Shown: positions 9,088-19,322, counted from the stretch's first letter. The stretch: DNA of 50,736 bases from Candidatus Hadarchaeota archaeon (GCA_964474885.1 CAYYWO010000007.1:1-50736); one strand, 5' to 3'. The notes: a model not told the origin generated them from the letters alone. Numbers and translations are program-made.

Positions 9088-10930
9088 ACTTTTGCAGCTC
9101 TTCCCGGAGTATTCTAGCCACAATACTCCCATCCACCTTTCCCCTCACGATCCGCATGACAACACCCATCAAAGGTTTCATAGCGTTCATCCCCCTTTCT
9201 TTTATCAGGTTCTCCCTTTCTTTGATCGCTTGAATTACAATTTTCCTAACTTCTTCTTCAGTTAGCGGTTTGAGGCCGAGCTCTTTTATCGCCTGCTCCA
9301 CCGTTAGTCCTCGGCATGCCAGCCTGAGGATTTCCGGGATGACCTCCTTTGCTATTTTCCCCTCATGGAGCGAGGAAAACAGGTCCGTCAAAACCTTCTC
9401 ATCAATCCTACTAACATCCAGCCCATCCCTCCTTAAGCTCACCATGGTCTCTAGGAGGGTTGAGGCTACAAGTCGTGGCTCGGCGAGCTTGCACAGTTTC
9501 TCGAAAAGGTGTAGTTGATCCGAAATTGCGAGCTGCCAAGCGGTATCCTTGTTCAATCCGTATTCCTGCTGTAGTCTTCTCACCCTTTCTTCTGGCCTCT
9601 CAGCAAGCTCGATTTTCTTCAGTAAATCAGGGGTTACAGGAATGGGTGGAATATCAGTTTCAGGATACATCCTCCCAGCCCCAGGTAAGGGCCTCATGTA
9701 CTCAGTATTCCCATCAGGTAGAGCTCTTCGTGTTTCTTCAGGGATCCCTTCAATGGTCTTCTTTGCCCGCTCCGCAACAGCCTCAACAGCTTTTCGGACT
9801 TTTCCCTCATCTCCGGCTAACAGCACGAATGCATCTTCTGCGCCCAGGGATAGTTTCCGCCGGACTTTCTCGACTTCCTCCTTGCTGACACCATAACCGG
9901 GCAATTCATCGGAGTGCAACAGCCCTCCTAGTCCCACGGATTTTGCGTGGTCTGCGAGCTCTGTTCCTAGTCTTCTACCTGGCTGTACTTCTCTCCCCAG
10001 CAGTCCCCCGAAACCATGCAGTGCTAAGGCAACGATTTTGCCCTTCCTCTGCAGAACCTTCCTGAGCACCTTCGATGCAGTGCCTCTGAAGATGTTCGTC
10101 GCATCAACAGACGCCCCTACCTTAGCCCCCCTCCTTCTCAGCTCATCTCTTATCTGCAGGAGGGACAACTGCCGCTGTACCTCTCTCTCGATCACAATGG
10201 GTATCAGCTCCAACTGTTGCACACCCTTGATCTCCTGCCTCGCTCCATCCCTGATGGATATGTTTATATCTTGCCTTATACTCCCAATACCTCTCTTGAC
10301 ACGGCCGGTCATGCGGAACAGCGCCCCGAGGTAAAAGGCTGCCCTCGCCGCTTCCTCTGGGCTCTTGAAATCCGGCCCCGTTGCCACCTCGATAAGCGGG
10401 ATTCCAAGCCTGTCTAACCGATATATGACCTCGTTTTCCTTTTCGTCGACCTTCCTTGCTGCATCCTCCTCCAAGCAGATAGTTGGGATCCTGAAGTCCA
10501 GCCCCTCTACCTGAACACGCCCGTTCATAGCGACGAGAGCGGTTCGTTGAAAACCCGTCGTGTTGCTCCCGTCGATAACGATCTTCCGCATGACATGGAT
10601 CTCATCGACAGGCTTTGCATTCAGCATGAGGGAAATCTGCAGGGCAATCTCAAGAGCCTCCTCGTTGAGTGAGTGTGGAGGTTCGCAGTCCATTTCCACC
10701 AGGCATGTGTTGTCGGTGATCTGATATCTGAAGGTTTTCCCCTTGAGGGCCTCGGCGAGTGCTGCTCTGTCAATTTCCCCGAGTTCGCTCTGAGTTGGTC
10801 GCAACCTTCGCTTGATCTCAAACTTGAACTCTTTTTTTGTGGTTGAGGGGCAGCTACAGAAAAGTTTGTGTGTATCAAGTTCTTGGTGAATCTCGAAACC
10901 GACCCTCAGTCCCAGCTTTTCATAGTCCAT
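9074..10930 (-). CDS. gatE: Glu-tRNA(Gln) amidotransferase subunit E
   Basis: MDYEKLGLRVGFEIHQEL, DGSNTTGFQRT, RLDRLGIPLIE, RPLPGAGRMYPETDIP; archaea-specific. Start set at 10930. Confidence 0.96.
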   Translation of the reverse strand: MDYEKLGLRVGFEIHQELDTHKLFCSCPSTTKKEFKFEIKRRLRPTQSELGEIDRAALAEALKGKTFRYQITDNTCLVEMDCEPPHSLNEEALEIALQISLMLNAKPVDEIHVMRKIVIDGSNTTGFQRTALVAMNGRVQVEGLDFRIPTICLEEDAARKVDEKENEVIYRLDRLGIPLIEVATGPDFKSPEEAARAAFYLGALFRMTGRVKRGIGSIRQDINISIRDGARQEIKGVQQLELIPIVIEREVQRQLSLLQIRDELRRRGAKVGASVDATNIFRGTASKVLRKVLQRKGKIVALALHGFGGLLGREVQPGRRLGTELADHAKSVGLGGLLHSDELPGYGVSKEEVEKVRRKLSLGAEDAFVLLAGDEGKVRKAVEAVAERAKKTIEGIPEETRRALPDGNTEYMRPLPGAGRMYPETDIPPIPVTPDLLKKIELAERPEERVRRLQQEYGLNKDTAWQLAISDQLHLFEKLCKLAEPRLVASTLLETMVSLRRDGLDVSRIDEKVLTDLFSSLHEGKIAKEVIPEILRLACRGLTVEQAIKELGLKPLTEEEVRKIVIQAIKERENLIKERGMNAMKPLMGVVMRIVRGKVDGSIVARILREELQKFISE

Positions 10931-10977
10931 TTTCTGGCTTCGTCTTTTTCGATAAATTTTAGGCAATCTAGAGCTAA

Positions 10978-11832
10978 GTGAACCTCAACATCTGTCTCAT
11001 AGCATGCCTCGTGCCTCTAGGTCTTCTTTTGCAGCGTGTGAAGGTCTTGGCACCTGCATTGAGGATCTTGGTCATTTACATTACCTATCCTTGCCTTCTC
11101 TTCGCTGAGGGCCTCAAATTGAGTCTGTCCCTTGCATCAGCATCTGTTTTATCCATCCTTTACCTGTCTGGATGTTTCCTTTGGAGCTGGTTCACGTCGC
11201 TGTCAGCCCCACCGCAGGACCGCAAGACTATAGCTTTCAATTCGACTTTCCTCAACTCGATTTTCCTCCCATTCCCGCTTATTTTGACGTTTTACGGGGA
11301 TCTCTCGGTAGCCGTGCTTTTCAGTATACCAATCATGGTCCTTCACAATACGCTCGGAATAATGTTTTTGTCAGCGCAAAGGAACCTCAAAAGTTTGTTC
11401 AAAGCCCTTTCTTTTCCCCCACTTGTTGCATTCCTCTGCGGTTTCTGCTTCAAGCCTTTAGATTTGGCACTTCCTCCTTGGTTCGAGGTCTTTGGAAGAT
11501 CGACAGTCTATCTGAGTTTGATCTTCATAGGCCTATACCTTCCGGCGTCGAGAGAATCCCTGCTCTTTATCAAGCATCCAATCCCAAGGAAGATCTTCCT
11601 GAACAGGATGCTCTTCTCCCCCCTGTTCATGCAACTAATGCTGATCCCCTTCTCGAATGACCTGATGTGGAAGACCCTGACCATCGAATCCCTGATGCCT
11701 CCTGCGATCACGAATGCTGTGATCATGTCGAGCTTTGGTCTGGATGTCAAGTCCACTTCTCAGAGCCTCTTTCTTCCCACCTTCATTAGCCTGGCTGTTG
11801 TCACTCTGCTGCGAATGTTTGGAGTATTATAA
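10978..11832 (+). CDS. AEC (auxin efflux carrier)/Mem_trans family permease
   Basis: Multiple TM segments with two repeats; F.NS.FLP.P and MPPA.. motifs. Confidence 0.75.
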   Translation: MNLNICLIACLVPLGLLLQRVKVLAPALRILVIYITYPCLLFAEGLKLSLSLASASVLSILYLSGCFLWSWFTSLSAPPQDRKTIAFNSTFLNSIFLPFPLILTFYGDLSVAVLFSIPIMVLHNTLGIMFLSAQRNLKSLFKALSFPPLVAFLCGFCFKPLDLALPPWFEVFGRSTVYLSLIFIGLYLPASRESLLFIKHPIPRKIFLNRMLFSPLFMQLMLIPFSNDLMWKTLTIESLMPPAITNAVIMSSFGLDVKSTSQSLFLPTFISLAVVTLLRMFGVL

Positions 11833-12594
11833 TTAAGATTCTAGCCTTGGTGCCAGAACGAAAATCAAGTCTGCCTTAGGCTCTGTGTCACCTATGCTTA
11901 GCTCAAGCATTATAGGCATGTCATTCCCAAGCCTGACCCTGACCCACTCGTCCTCGTCTGCTGCTTTCAAAATGTTCAACAGGTACTCTATAGCAAAAGT
12001 CGAGGCAACTTGGGGTGGAGGTTCCACCAGCTGGATGCACTGGACATCTTCCTTCCTCATGAAGGTCTCGGTACCTCCCTTCTCACCCGCCGCAGATATT
12101 CTTAATCCTTCTGGACCCAGCTCGAACCTGACGGCATCCGCCACAAGTTCAGCATCCTTCAAGCTTTCTACTAGAGCCCCGGCCAAAACGTCTGCCGTTG
12201 CTGGAAGTTCGAGTTTAGAACGATCGGGGACTTCGGCTTCGCCGACTTCGATCAAAGGAATGCTGAACCTCCTCGTAACAATACCCCTCAGGATTAGGAG
12301 CAACTTGTTCTGTTGCTCGTCGAGTTGCAGTTCTATCTCGTCGTTTACCTTGGCACGTGAAAGAAATTCATCAAGCTGGCTCAAACTTAGACCCACATTT
12401 CTTTCCTGACTTACTTCATATTCCTCAAACATCTTCGATGGCATGTTCAGCTCTACCAGTGATATGTGGGCAGGATCCATTGCTTGGAGCTTGATTCCAT
12501 CCATTCCAAACCTGAAGTTGGTCTCTTCTATCAGACCTGAGATTGCGGCGATGCTCTTTTTCCAAACTCTGCAATTGGACATCTTGGCTCTCAT
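11833..12594 (-). CDS. pcn: DNA sliding clamp PCNA
   Basis: LQAMDPAHISLV and C-terminal LAPR; about 250 aa. Confidence 0.95.
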   Translation of the reverse strand: MRAKMSNCRVWKKSIAAISGLIEETNFRFGMDGIKLQAMDPAHISLVELNMPSKMFEEYEVSQERNVGLSLSQLDEFLSRAKVNDEIELQLDEQQNKLLLILRGIVTRRFSIPLIEVGEAEVPDRSKLELPATADVLAGALVESLKDAELVADAVRFELGPEGLRISAAGEKGGTETFMRKEDVQCIQLVEPPPQVASTFAIEYLLNILKAADEDEWVRVRLGNDMPIMLELSIGDTEPKADLIFVLAPRLES

Positions 12595-12926
12595 GTCTTA
12601 TACACCTCTCTTATCTTCTTCAATTCTTCCTTTGCCACCTTGTAAAGCTTTAGATCCATTCCTGTTATGTCTTGGATGATTTCCGCTCTCAGCTCTTTTC
12701 TATTCTTTTCGAGAAGAGGATTTCCGTAGATCCTTATCGTCTTGCCTTCTTGGATGTCCGAGAACAGTTCGGGCTCGTCGGCAAAAACCACGATCTCATT
12801 GCCCTCTTCGTCCCGGATTGTTAGGTCGCTTTCACCTTTTTTAGTGACCGTACCAGTGACTTTCACGAAATAGTCCTCGGGTCCTATTTCCGCTATTTTC
12901 TTCTCGACCACGGGGCTCCTAGGCAT
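12591..12926 (-). CDS. Single OB-fold protein, RPA14/Rpa3-like small subunit of archaeal RPA
   Basis: P.VEKKI.EI..ED..V...G.V, D..G, RIYG, AEIIQD....DL pattern resembles Thermococcales RPA14. Start reset to the ATG at 12926 (8-bp overlap with tfs). Confidence 0.7.
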   Translation of the reverse strand: MPRSPVVEKKIAEIGPEDYFVKVTGTVTKKGESDLTIRDEEGNEIVVFADEPELFSDIQEGKTIRIYGNPLLEKNRKELRAEIIQDITGMDLKLYKVAKEELKKIREVYKT

Positions 12927-13236
12927 ACTCTCGCCAAGTTTTTCCGCATTTTGTGCACCGGTAGAAGCGGGTGGGCGGTTCGTCGGCTCTCCGAGTCTGA
13001 AGTATCCACCAGTAGGCAGTATCATTTCCGCAGTTCGGGCAAGTGACCCTGGTGGTTGGTAGTACTTTCTTTTCCTCTTCTATGACCGTTATTTCACCTC
13101 TGTTGCTCTCAACCTCTTTGACGAGGGTGTATTCCTCTGGTCTTTCGAGCTTTTCCTCGTAACCACACTGCTTGCATACGAGTTTCCCACCTTCGGGCTC
13201 CAGCAGGTTCCCGCATTTTGGACAAAATTTCATCAT
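12919..13236 (-). CDS. tfs: Transcription elongation factor TFS (RpoM-like)
   Basis: Two Zn ribbons (FCPKCG, CPNCG...CTKCG) and QTRRADEP with the catalytic DE pair. Confidence 0.95.
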   Translation of the reverse strand: MMKFCPKCGNLLEPEGGKLVCKQCGYEEKLERPEEYTLVKEVESNRGEITVIEEEKKVLPTTRVTCPNCGNDTAYWWILQTRRADEPPTRFYRCTKCGKTWREYA

Positions 13237-13631
13237 CCTTTCACCCCCGCATCTTTTAGGATGCGGGCATGATCAAAAGCTAACTCCTCCCAGGGTATCT
13301 TCTTGAAGAATCGAGCATCCGCAGCATCCGTCCCGCTTTTTAGTATACCCCCCTTCTCTCTCGCCAAGAAACACACCGACACGACATGTCCCCTCGGATC
13401 TCTGTTGGGATCAGAGTAGACCCCAACAAGCTTCTCAAGCTCGATATCCAGCCCCGTTTCTTCTTTGCACTCCCTTATGGCGGCCTGCTCAACCGTCTCT
13501 CCATAATTGACAAAACCACCCACAAGTGCCCACTTTCCCTTATAAGGTTCGTTTTTCCTCTTGACGAGGAGAACCCCTTCTTTCCCAGTCACTATGACGT
13601 CCACGGTCAGTCTAGGCCCCTTCATCTCCAC
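13233..13631 (-). CDS. Nudix hydrolase
   Basis: Nudix box GGFVNYGETVEQAAIRECKEETG, plus RDPRGH and LAFDH. Confidence 0.92.
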   Translation of the reverse strand: MEMKGPRLTVDVIVTGKEGVLLVKRKNEPYKGKWALVGGFVNYGETVEQAAIRECKEETGLDIELEKLVGVYSDPNRDPRGHVVSVCFLAREKGGILKSGTDAADARFFKKIPWEELAFDHARILKDAGVKG

Positions 13632-14158
13632 CAGATAGATGGCCAGCCTAATTTAGGAATGACGAAAAGGACTTTTCCTACTATCTGATCCGATCTCACA
13701 GGAGGACTGTCGAACCACATATTTGCATCACCCTTAGTTATGAACATGAGATTATTGGCATTATCTGCACGTATCTCGACCACCCTATGTACGATCAAGT
13801 CCGAACCTCTTCGATAAACGATCACATCCCCCAGCTTTATTTCAGTCGGATCAGTACCTCTTATTAGTAGCAAGTCCCCCCTCTCGAAACCTCCTTGGAG
13901 AGGGAAATTTGAAGTGTCTACACCTTTCTGATAAAAAGGCCTCTTCCAAGAGTTCTCGTCGTAATGCTTCATGCTGTTGGAGTACACACTTCTCAGGGGG
14001 GAGTCCGTGAAGAGAACCATCATTAGACCTCCCATTATCATGAAGTAGAGAGAGATCAGGACTAGAACAAAGGTTAGGAATTCATACACGATCTCGTGTC
14101 TAACGATCTTCCTCGCAACATCTGTCGAGACCTTTTTGATACTTTCTAGGATCTTCAT
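13622..14158 (-). CDS. Signal peptidase I, archaeal/ER-type (S26B, Sec11-like)
   Basis: N-terminal TM, S.SM (Ser), RGDL, IVHRV (His) and TKGDAN. Confidence 0.88.
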   Translation of the reverse strand: MKILESIKKVSTDVARKIVRHEIVYEFLTFVLVLISLYFMIMGGLMMVLFTDSPLRSVYSNSMKHYDENSWKRPFYQKGVDTSNFPLQGGFERGDLLLIRGTDPTEIKLGDVIVYRRGSDLIVHRVVEIRADNANNLMFITKGDANMWFDSPPVRSDQIVGKVLFVIPKLGWPSIWWR

Positions 14159-14757
14159 GCCGTCTTCCCTCGCGAGATGCCAGTTGCTATCAGATGTGCT
14201 ACCCGGATAGGCTCAGGGATCAGCCCGTGCACGCATGTCATTCTGACTATTTCGGCGGCATCTTCGAACCTTATACCTGCCAACTGAAGGTAAAGTCTCC
14301 CCCTTCCGACGGTAAGGGGGAACACCTCTCCCGCTCTCTTAACGATCTCCAGCCTCCTCTCGAAATCCGGAAAATGTCTCAGGGCTTTCTCCACTTTTTC
14401 CATATCGGGCTTTTCCCTTGTTAAAGCTATCACAGGGAGTTCTGTCTCAGTCCAGACTCTTTGGATGTCCATCAGGTTGAATCCACCGAAAGTTATGCTT
14501 TCGCTCATGATCACTCGTAGTTGTCCCTTGTGCCGGCTTGATCTGACCATGTCGATCACGACATCTGTGGAGTCCGTACCGTCCCTTTCGATCCATCTGC
14601 TCAGAACTCCCTCTAGCTGTATTGCACCCCGGTAGATCACCCCAACCAGCAGGACCTTCTTATCAGTTCTCTGAAAGGAGCCATCATCCAATCCCAGTAT
14701 GCGGAGTTCGGGCTTTATTTCCCAGAATTTTTTATTTTCCTCAGCAGGCTTTCGCAT
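14155..14757 (-). CDS. DUF99/UPF0215 protein (endonuclease V-like fold)
   Basis: RILGLDDG.F, DGTDST, ITFGGFN, PEPIRVAHLIA; usual archaeal position next to rpoL. Confidence 0.85.
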   Translation of the reverse strand: MRKPAEENKKFWEIKPELRILGLDDGSFQRTDKKVLLVGVIYRGAIQLEGVLSRWIERDGTDSTDVVIDMVRSSRHKGQLRVIMSESITFGGFNLMDIQRVWTETELPVIALTREKPDMEKVEKALRHFPDFERRLEIVKRAGEVFPLTVGRGRLYLQLAGIRFEDAAEIVRMTCVHGLIPEPIRVAHLIATGISRGKTA

Positions 14758-14990
14758 TCTGAGCTCACTTTCTTGGCAGCTTTGTAGAGGGCAGCCTCGA
14801 CCTTGCCTTCTTTAACCCTCACAAAAATCTCGAAGGGAGAAAGGAGAGGGTGTTCCTGCCTGAAGGAGGCAAACTCAACCTCTGGGAGGGTATGGAGAGT
14901 TTTGACCAACAAGTTGCAGAGCGTTGCATCCTCCCCTATTACCTTCAGATGTAGCTCTCTTTTCTCCCTTCTCACGATTTCAAGCTCCAT
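14715..14990 (-). CDS. rpoL: RNA polymerase subunit Rpo11 (L)
   Basis: GED.TL.NLL, V.FA.F...HPL; syntenic with csl4. Confidence 0.9.
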   Translation of the reverse strand: MELEIVRREKRELHLKVIGEDATLCNLLVKTLHTLPEVEFASFRQEHPLLSPFEIFVRVKEGKVEAALYKAAKKVSSECESLLRKIKNSGK

Positions 14991-15552
14991 GGGAAACGTA
15001 ATCGCTTGAAATTTTTCTCACCTCGACATTTCCGCATGAGGGGCAATGAAGCCTGTTCTTGACTCTTTGTAATATCGCTCTGCACTTCCTGCAGTGGGCT
15101 AGGATCACCCCCAGCTCCGCGCCTTCTGTACTTAAAAGGATAGTACCGTTCCTTATCTCGAGGACTTTGGCCTTTATGACGTCGCCCTCTTGGAATTCTT
15201 TACTCAGGTCAGATACGAACCCCCTCCTGACCTTGGAGATCATGATAATACCGGAAGTAGGGTAGGGCAAGCTCTTTTCAACCCCAGCTAGGAACTTGAC
15301 CGACACCTCCGCTAACTGTCTCTTCACTTCCTGTATCACTCCGATCACGACATCTCCTCTTTTCAGAGCAGGCGGACCCCCCTTGGAGATAACCGAGATC
15401 TTTTTCCCTTTTATATCGACCAACACAAGACCCGCTTTGGCGGCGTAAATCTTTCCCCCTTCCTTGTAAGTTCCCTCGCCGCACATGAACTCCTCGATGG
15501 TGGCTAGGAAAGTCCCCGGAACGACGAACGAACCCGTTCTTATCTCCTCCAT
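14980..15552 (-). CDS. csl4: Exosome RNA-binding subunit Csl4
   Basis: VVPG..L...EE...GEGTY, S1 domain, C-terminal Zn ribbon (CRKC...CPSCG.VE.RKIS..Y). Confidence 0.92.
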   Translation of the reverse strand: MEEIRTGSFVVPGTFLATIEEFMCGEGTYKEGGKIYAAKAGLVLVDIKGKKISVISKGGPPALKRGDVVIGVIQEVKRQLAEVSVKFLAGVEKSLPYPTSGIIMISKVRRGFVSDLSKEFQEGDVIKAKVLEIRNGTILLSTEGAELGVILAHCRKCRAILQRVKNRLHCPSCGNVEVRKISSDYVSHGA

Positions 15553-15577
15553 GCAATACTTCCCCCCTGTTTAATTA

Positions 15578-16552
15578 CTACTGGAGGGGGTGTGTTTTGA
15601 GTTCAGCCACTCCCAGCATAACCTTGGCCTCGAAAGGTGTCAGAATGGGCACGTCGGTGCGTTTGGCATCGTCGAGAGCAAGTCTAGGGCAGGCTGTACA
15701 AACATACGCATCTAAGTTATAGTCTCTCAGCTCCTCTACTTTGATTTCGTCCATTATAAGAAACGAAACTTTTCTTCCGTGCCGAGTCAAGAGCTCCGCC
15801 ACCTCCTGACTTCTTTTCGGATCCCATTGCCCGGGCTTAATGCTCAGCAGGATGCCGAATTTCTCTCCTGAGCAGGCCTTGGCTATGACTCCCTTCCTCC
15901 AGAGAAGAAAGCGCTCAGCTGTGATTTCCTTAAAACCTCCCAGCGGGTTCACTGCGATCACCCTTTTTCCAGTTGCGGCGGCGACACCTAGGGGGTGGAA
16001 TTCCCCTGTACCGATATAGAGGTATTCATCCACTTGGTCAGCCAAGGAAACTGCACTGCCCACATCGCACCCCAGCACCTGTCCTTTATATTTGGCTCTC
16101 TTTCCTGGTCTGCCAAGCCGTGCTTGGAAGCCAAGAGAGACAAGGTTTTCCATGATTCTTGGCAGGAAGTGCACATGCTGGACTGAGGCGGTTAAACCCA
16201 CCCGCTTGGACCGCAGATGAGGGAGGACTTTACTTACTTCCGGCCAAGGATCTACTTTCATTTTGGCTTCGATATAAAGCACGGGCAGGCAGGTTTTGAG
16301 CCCCATTTCCGAATGACCAAAATGTAGGAGCAGATCGCAACCGGCTTGTTTAGCAAGTTGATCGGCGACATCGCATGCTCCATAGCAACTGGTACCCACG
16401 AGCAAACCCTCAGCTCCCGCCTCTTCAATAGTGTCCCTGATTTTGATCCAGCACTTTTTTAGACCAGGCGGTAACTGGACACCAACACGCTTGTTTTTGT
16501 GATCTCTGATGTAACCAGAAATTCTTTCTAATTCCAAGTCGTAGAACATCAA
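15578..16552 (-). CDS. dph2: Diphthamide biosynthesis protein Dph2
   Basis: QLP.GLK, CYGACD, HFGH, GQVLGC and ACPRL (three Fe-S cysteines). Confidence 0.93.
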   Translation of the reverse strand: MMFYDLELERISGYIRDHKNKRVGVQLPPGLKKCWIKIRDTIEEAGAEGLLVGTSCYGACDVADQLAKQAGCDLLLHFGHSEMGLKTCLPVLYIEAKMKVDPWPEVSKVLPHLRSKRVGLTASVQHVHFLPRIMENLVSLGFQARLGRPGKRAKYKGQVLGCDVGSAVSLADQVDEYLYIGTGEFHPLGVAAATGKRVIAVNPLGGFKEITAERFLLWRKGVIAKACSGEKFGILLSIKPGQWDPKRSQEVAELLTRHGRKVSFLIMDEIKVEELRDYNLDAYVCTACPRLALDDAKRTDVPILTPFEAKVMLGVAELKTHPLQ

Positions 16553-16565
16553 ATCTCTGATTTGG

Positions 16566-17342
16566 TTAAAAAGCGGGCTTCATCTTGACGCCCTCAGACC
16601 TGCAGAGTGATGTTAGGGTTGATATCATCTTAGCCCTCCAGCCCAGATCTCCCAAGGCAGACATCTTATATCCGGCTTCTGTTAAGGCATCAGTCATTCG
16701 TTGCACTGCCCATGGCTTCGGCCTGAACCAGTCATACATCAGCACACTTTTGGTGCGCTTGGCGACTTTTACGAGTTGGGTCAAGTTCTCGATGCCATCG
16801 TTGACTCCGGGGATTATAGGCCCTAGAAAGAGCCAGGTATCCATATCGGCGAGCTCTTCTAGGATATGGACACGCGAATCCGGTGGAGGAGCATTTGGTT
16901 CTAGGATCCGGGCTAGCTCCGGATCTAGGGTTATGATCGTGACCCCAATATCCCAGCTGGGTTCAAACAGGTCTCTATCCCGCAAGACTAGTGGGGATTT
17001 TGTTTGGATCGAAACGGTGAAACCCGCTCTGCGTAGTAATTGCAGGCAACGTCTGGTCAGCTCCAGATCTTTTTCTAGCGGCTGATAAGGATCCGTGGCG
17101 GTGCTCACACCCACGACGCCCTTCTTCTTGATCCTGACTTCTTTTGCGAGTATTTGTTCAAGGTTCTCCTTGACTCGAATCCTCTTCCCCCACTCCCGGT
17201 GGAGGGTTTCATCTCCGAGAACATCGGGAACATAACAGTACCTGCACCCATGCCCACAACCGACGTAGGGATTCAAACAATAATCGAGCTCAGGCAGACT
17301 GCTACGGACGAGTGCCGATCGACAGGAGATCCACTCGATCAA
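16566..17342 (-). CDS. Radical SAM protein, spore-photoproduct-lyase-like (Rv2578c-type)
   Basis: NPYVGCGHGCRYCY, TDPYQP.E, TKS..V.RD. Start reset to the TTG at 17342, which overlaps the nre stop (TTGA). Confidence 0.85.
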   Translation of the reverse strand: MIEWISCRSALVRSSLPELDYCLNPYVGCGHGCRYCYVPDVLGDETLHREWGKRIRVKENLEQILAKEVRIKKKGVVGVSTATDPYQPLEKDLELTRRCLQLLRRAGFTVSIQTKSPLVLRDRDLFEPSWDIGVTIITLDPELARILEPNAPPPDSRVHILEELADMDTWLFLGPIIPGVNDGIENLTQLVKVAKRTKSVLMYDWFRPKPWAVQRMTDALTEAGYKMSALGDLGWRAKMISTLTSLCRSEGVKMKPAF

Positions 17343-18607
17343 AGGAATTCCCTCAGCTTCTTTTGGTGCAGGATCATCCTTAGTAGTTCGCACTTTTCTA
17401 GCCATTTCTCCAGAGGGATGTTCAGTAGTGATGCCGCATACGAAAGCGCTTCAGGTACTTCATTGAAAGTTGCCGGCGTCTGTCTGAGCGCTCGTCTCAT
17501 GAGCTCTCTCACAAACCAGACCCCCAGCGGGAGCGGAAATCCCGGCTTTATCTCTCTCAATGCTACAACAACCGCCTGCCGTTTCTCCTCCCTCAGCTTT
17601 TCGCTCACAGCCAACCTGCTGGCATAGTAGCAGCCCCCGATCTCAGGGTATTCACCCCTTCCCCAGAAAAGCTCATGATCCGCCATCACGATGGGTGACT
17701 GGCCTTCTGGGTTCCACGTAGTTCTTGGATACCAGGCCTCAGCCCATTCGAAGGACCAGCTTCCAGGTATCATTATGATCACAATCAAGTTTGACAGGTG
17801 CTCGAGGTGATAAACCCTGCTTTCACTCACCCAAGGATACTGTTTCAGTTCCGAGACGAGCCCTTGGGAAATGGTAGAATCCACTGCTGTTATGCTCCAC
17901 CTTGTGGGAACGAGCTTCCTTCTTTTCTTCGATCCGAGCATACCCAAACTCAAGGCTTTCTGGATCCTAGATACTGGTAAGCCGGCCTCGTAGAGATTCA
18001 TTATCGCCTGTTGGGCAGGGAGATCGTCGTAGTAAACCTTCTCCAGATTCGGTTCGCTGGGTCCCGGTTCGTATCTCATACGGACGAGGGGTGCGGAAGG
18101 CCCCATGGGCTGCAGGTCCTCGCTGAGTGTCAGATGGGGATAGGGGCTCCGCTCAAGTAGCATTTCGGATGAGACAGGGTGTCTTGATAAGAGCATCTCT
18201 TGAAGTTCTGTGATGAACTTCCCTTGATTAGTTACCTCGACCTTTAACACGCCCCTGATGAGCTGATATCTGAAGTCCAGAATGTCCCCCAATTTCCAGC
18301 CCAGCCAGAACTCGGGTGTATCCATGACTTGAGTATCGCCGTGAATCGGGGGGATCATGGGACCAACGAGCACCTTTGGATACCCGATTCTCCCGACAAA
18401 AACGGCGGGTGGAGAGTCACCGGCTATGAGATTGGACTGGACGAGCTTCCTCACCCTGATTATAGACTGCGCCTTCAGCAAAATCGGGCAAGGACTCCGC
18501 CCGCAGAATCCTCTTCCTCTGCAGATTATGCACTCTCTCCTTGAAGGACGGAGTGGTGCAGACTCGAGAGGGATAATGCCATTGAGCCATTGGTAGTGTT
18601 CGTCCAA
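17339..18607 (-). CDS. nreA: DNA repair protein Nre (PCNA-interacting)
   Basis: CIICRG...CG...CP Zn finger, SPP.VFVGR.GYPKV, RKLVPTRWSITAVD, PLGVW.VRE and C-terminal PIP box QKKLREFL. Start reset to the TTG at 18607 after a GGGGGAG SD-like sequence. Confidence 0.9.
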   Translation of the reverse strand: MDEHYQWLNGIIPLESAPLRPSRRECIICRGRGFCGRSPCPILLKAQSIIRVRKLVQSNLIAGDSPPAVFVGRIGYPKVLVGPMIPPIHGDTQVMDTPEFWLGWKLGDILDFRYQLIRGVLKVEVTNQGKFITELQEMLLSRHPVSSEMLLERSPYPHLTLSEDLQPMGPSAPLVRMRYEPGPSEPNLEKVYYDDLPAQQAIMNLYEAGLPVSRIQKALSLGMLGSKKRRKLVPTRWSITAVDSTISQGLVSELKQYPWVSESRVYHLEHLSNLIVIIMIPGSWSFEWAEAWYPRTTWNPEGQSPIVMADHELFWGRGEYPEIGGCYYASRLAVSEKLREEKRQAVVVALREIKPGFPLPLGVWFVRELMRRALRQTPATFNEVPEALSYAASLLNIPLEKWLEKCELLRMILHQKKLREFL

Positions 18608-18716
18608 TCTATCTCCCCCAATCAGCTTCCACTCGGGAGGCTTTGAAAAATTCTTTTTGAGAGGTTCATCAAGAGTAAACCGGGATATCCGTTTATAGAG
18701 GTGAGGTAAGTGGAGC

Positions 18717-19322
18717 ATGAAGAAAAAGGAAGAGTACATTTATTCCAGAAGATTCTTGTATTTCTTCACGGGCAGGATTTCAAAAGCCTACGACGAAGTG
18801 ATGAAACACCCAGATCTTTTCAGAACGACGGTTCAGGCAGTTATTCCTGGTGCACTCATCTTCTCCTTCGTTTTCCAGTACACGATGGCCTCCGTGGTGC
18901 ACCCCTTCCTGCAGACGGTCTGGGCCGCGGACTTCTTCTCCTTCTGGGGGATCCCTGCCCTGATAAGCCTGTTCGTGCTCAAGCTCATGCGCACGAATTT
19001 TAATACTGAAGCTTTCCTCGAGGCCTCGATCTTAGCCGCTCATCCCCTTTATGTTGCCGTTTGGGCGTACTTCGTACCTTCAATAATATATCACCACTTC
19101 ATAGTAGGTGACTATCCCTGCTACGTCGCGTACAGCAGGATGGGCGAGTGGGTTTATCTTGCACTTTTGGGTGTCGCCGGATTTCTTTTGACATGCATTA
19201 CTTGGGTCTGGTGTCTCACAAAGGTTGGGAGGGTGAAGTGGTATATAGCACCTTTCATCTGGCTCTTTCTATGCGTCCCCGGCTTGTACGGAACTTATTT
19301 GATCTTCGTGTGGTGCACATGA
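18717..19322 (+). CDS. Hypothetical multi-pass membrane protein
   Basis: About 5 hydrophobic segments; GAGGTGA SD upstream; ATGA overlap with the next gene. Confidence 0.7.
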   Translation: MKKKEEYIYSRRFLYFFTGRISKAYDEVMKHPDLFRTTVQAVIPGALIFSFVFQYTMASVVHPFLQTVWAADFFSFWGIPALISLFVLKLMRTNFNTEAFLEASILAAHPLYVAVWAYFVPSIIYHHFIVGDYPCYVAYSRMGEWVYLALLGVAGFLLTCITWVWCLTKVGRVKWYIAPFIWLFLCVPGLYGTYLIFVWCT

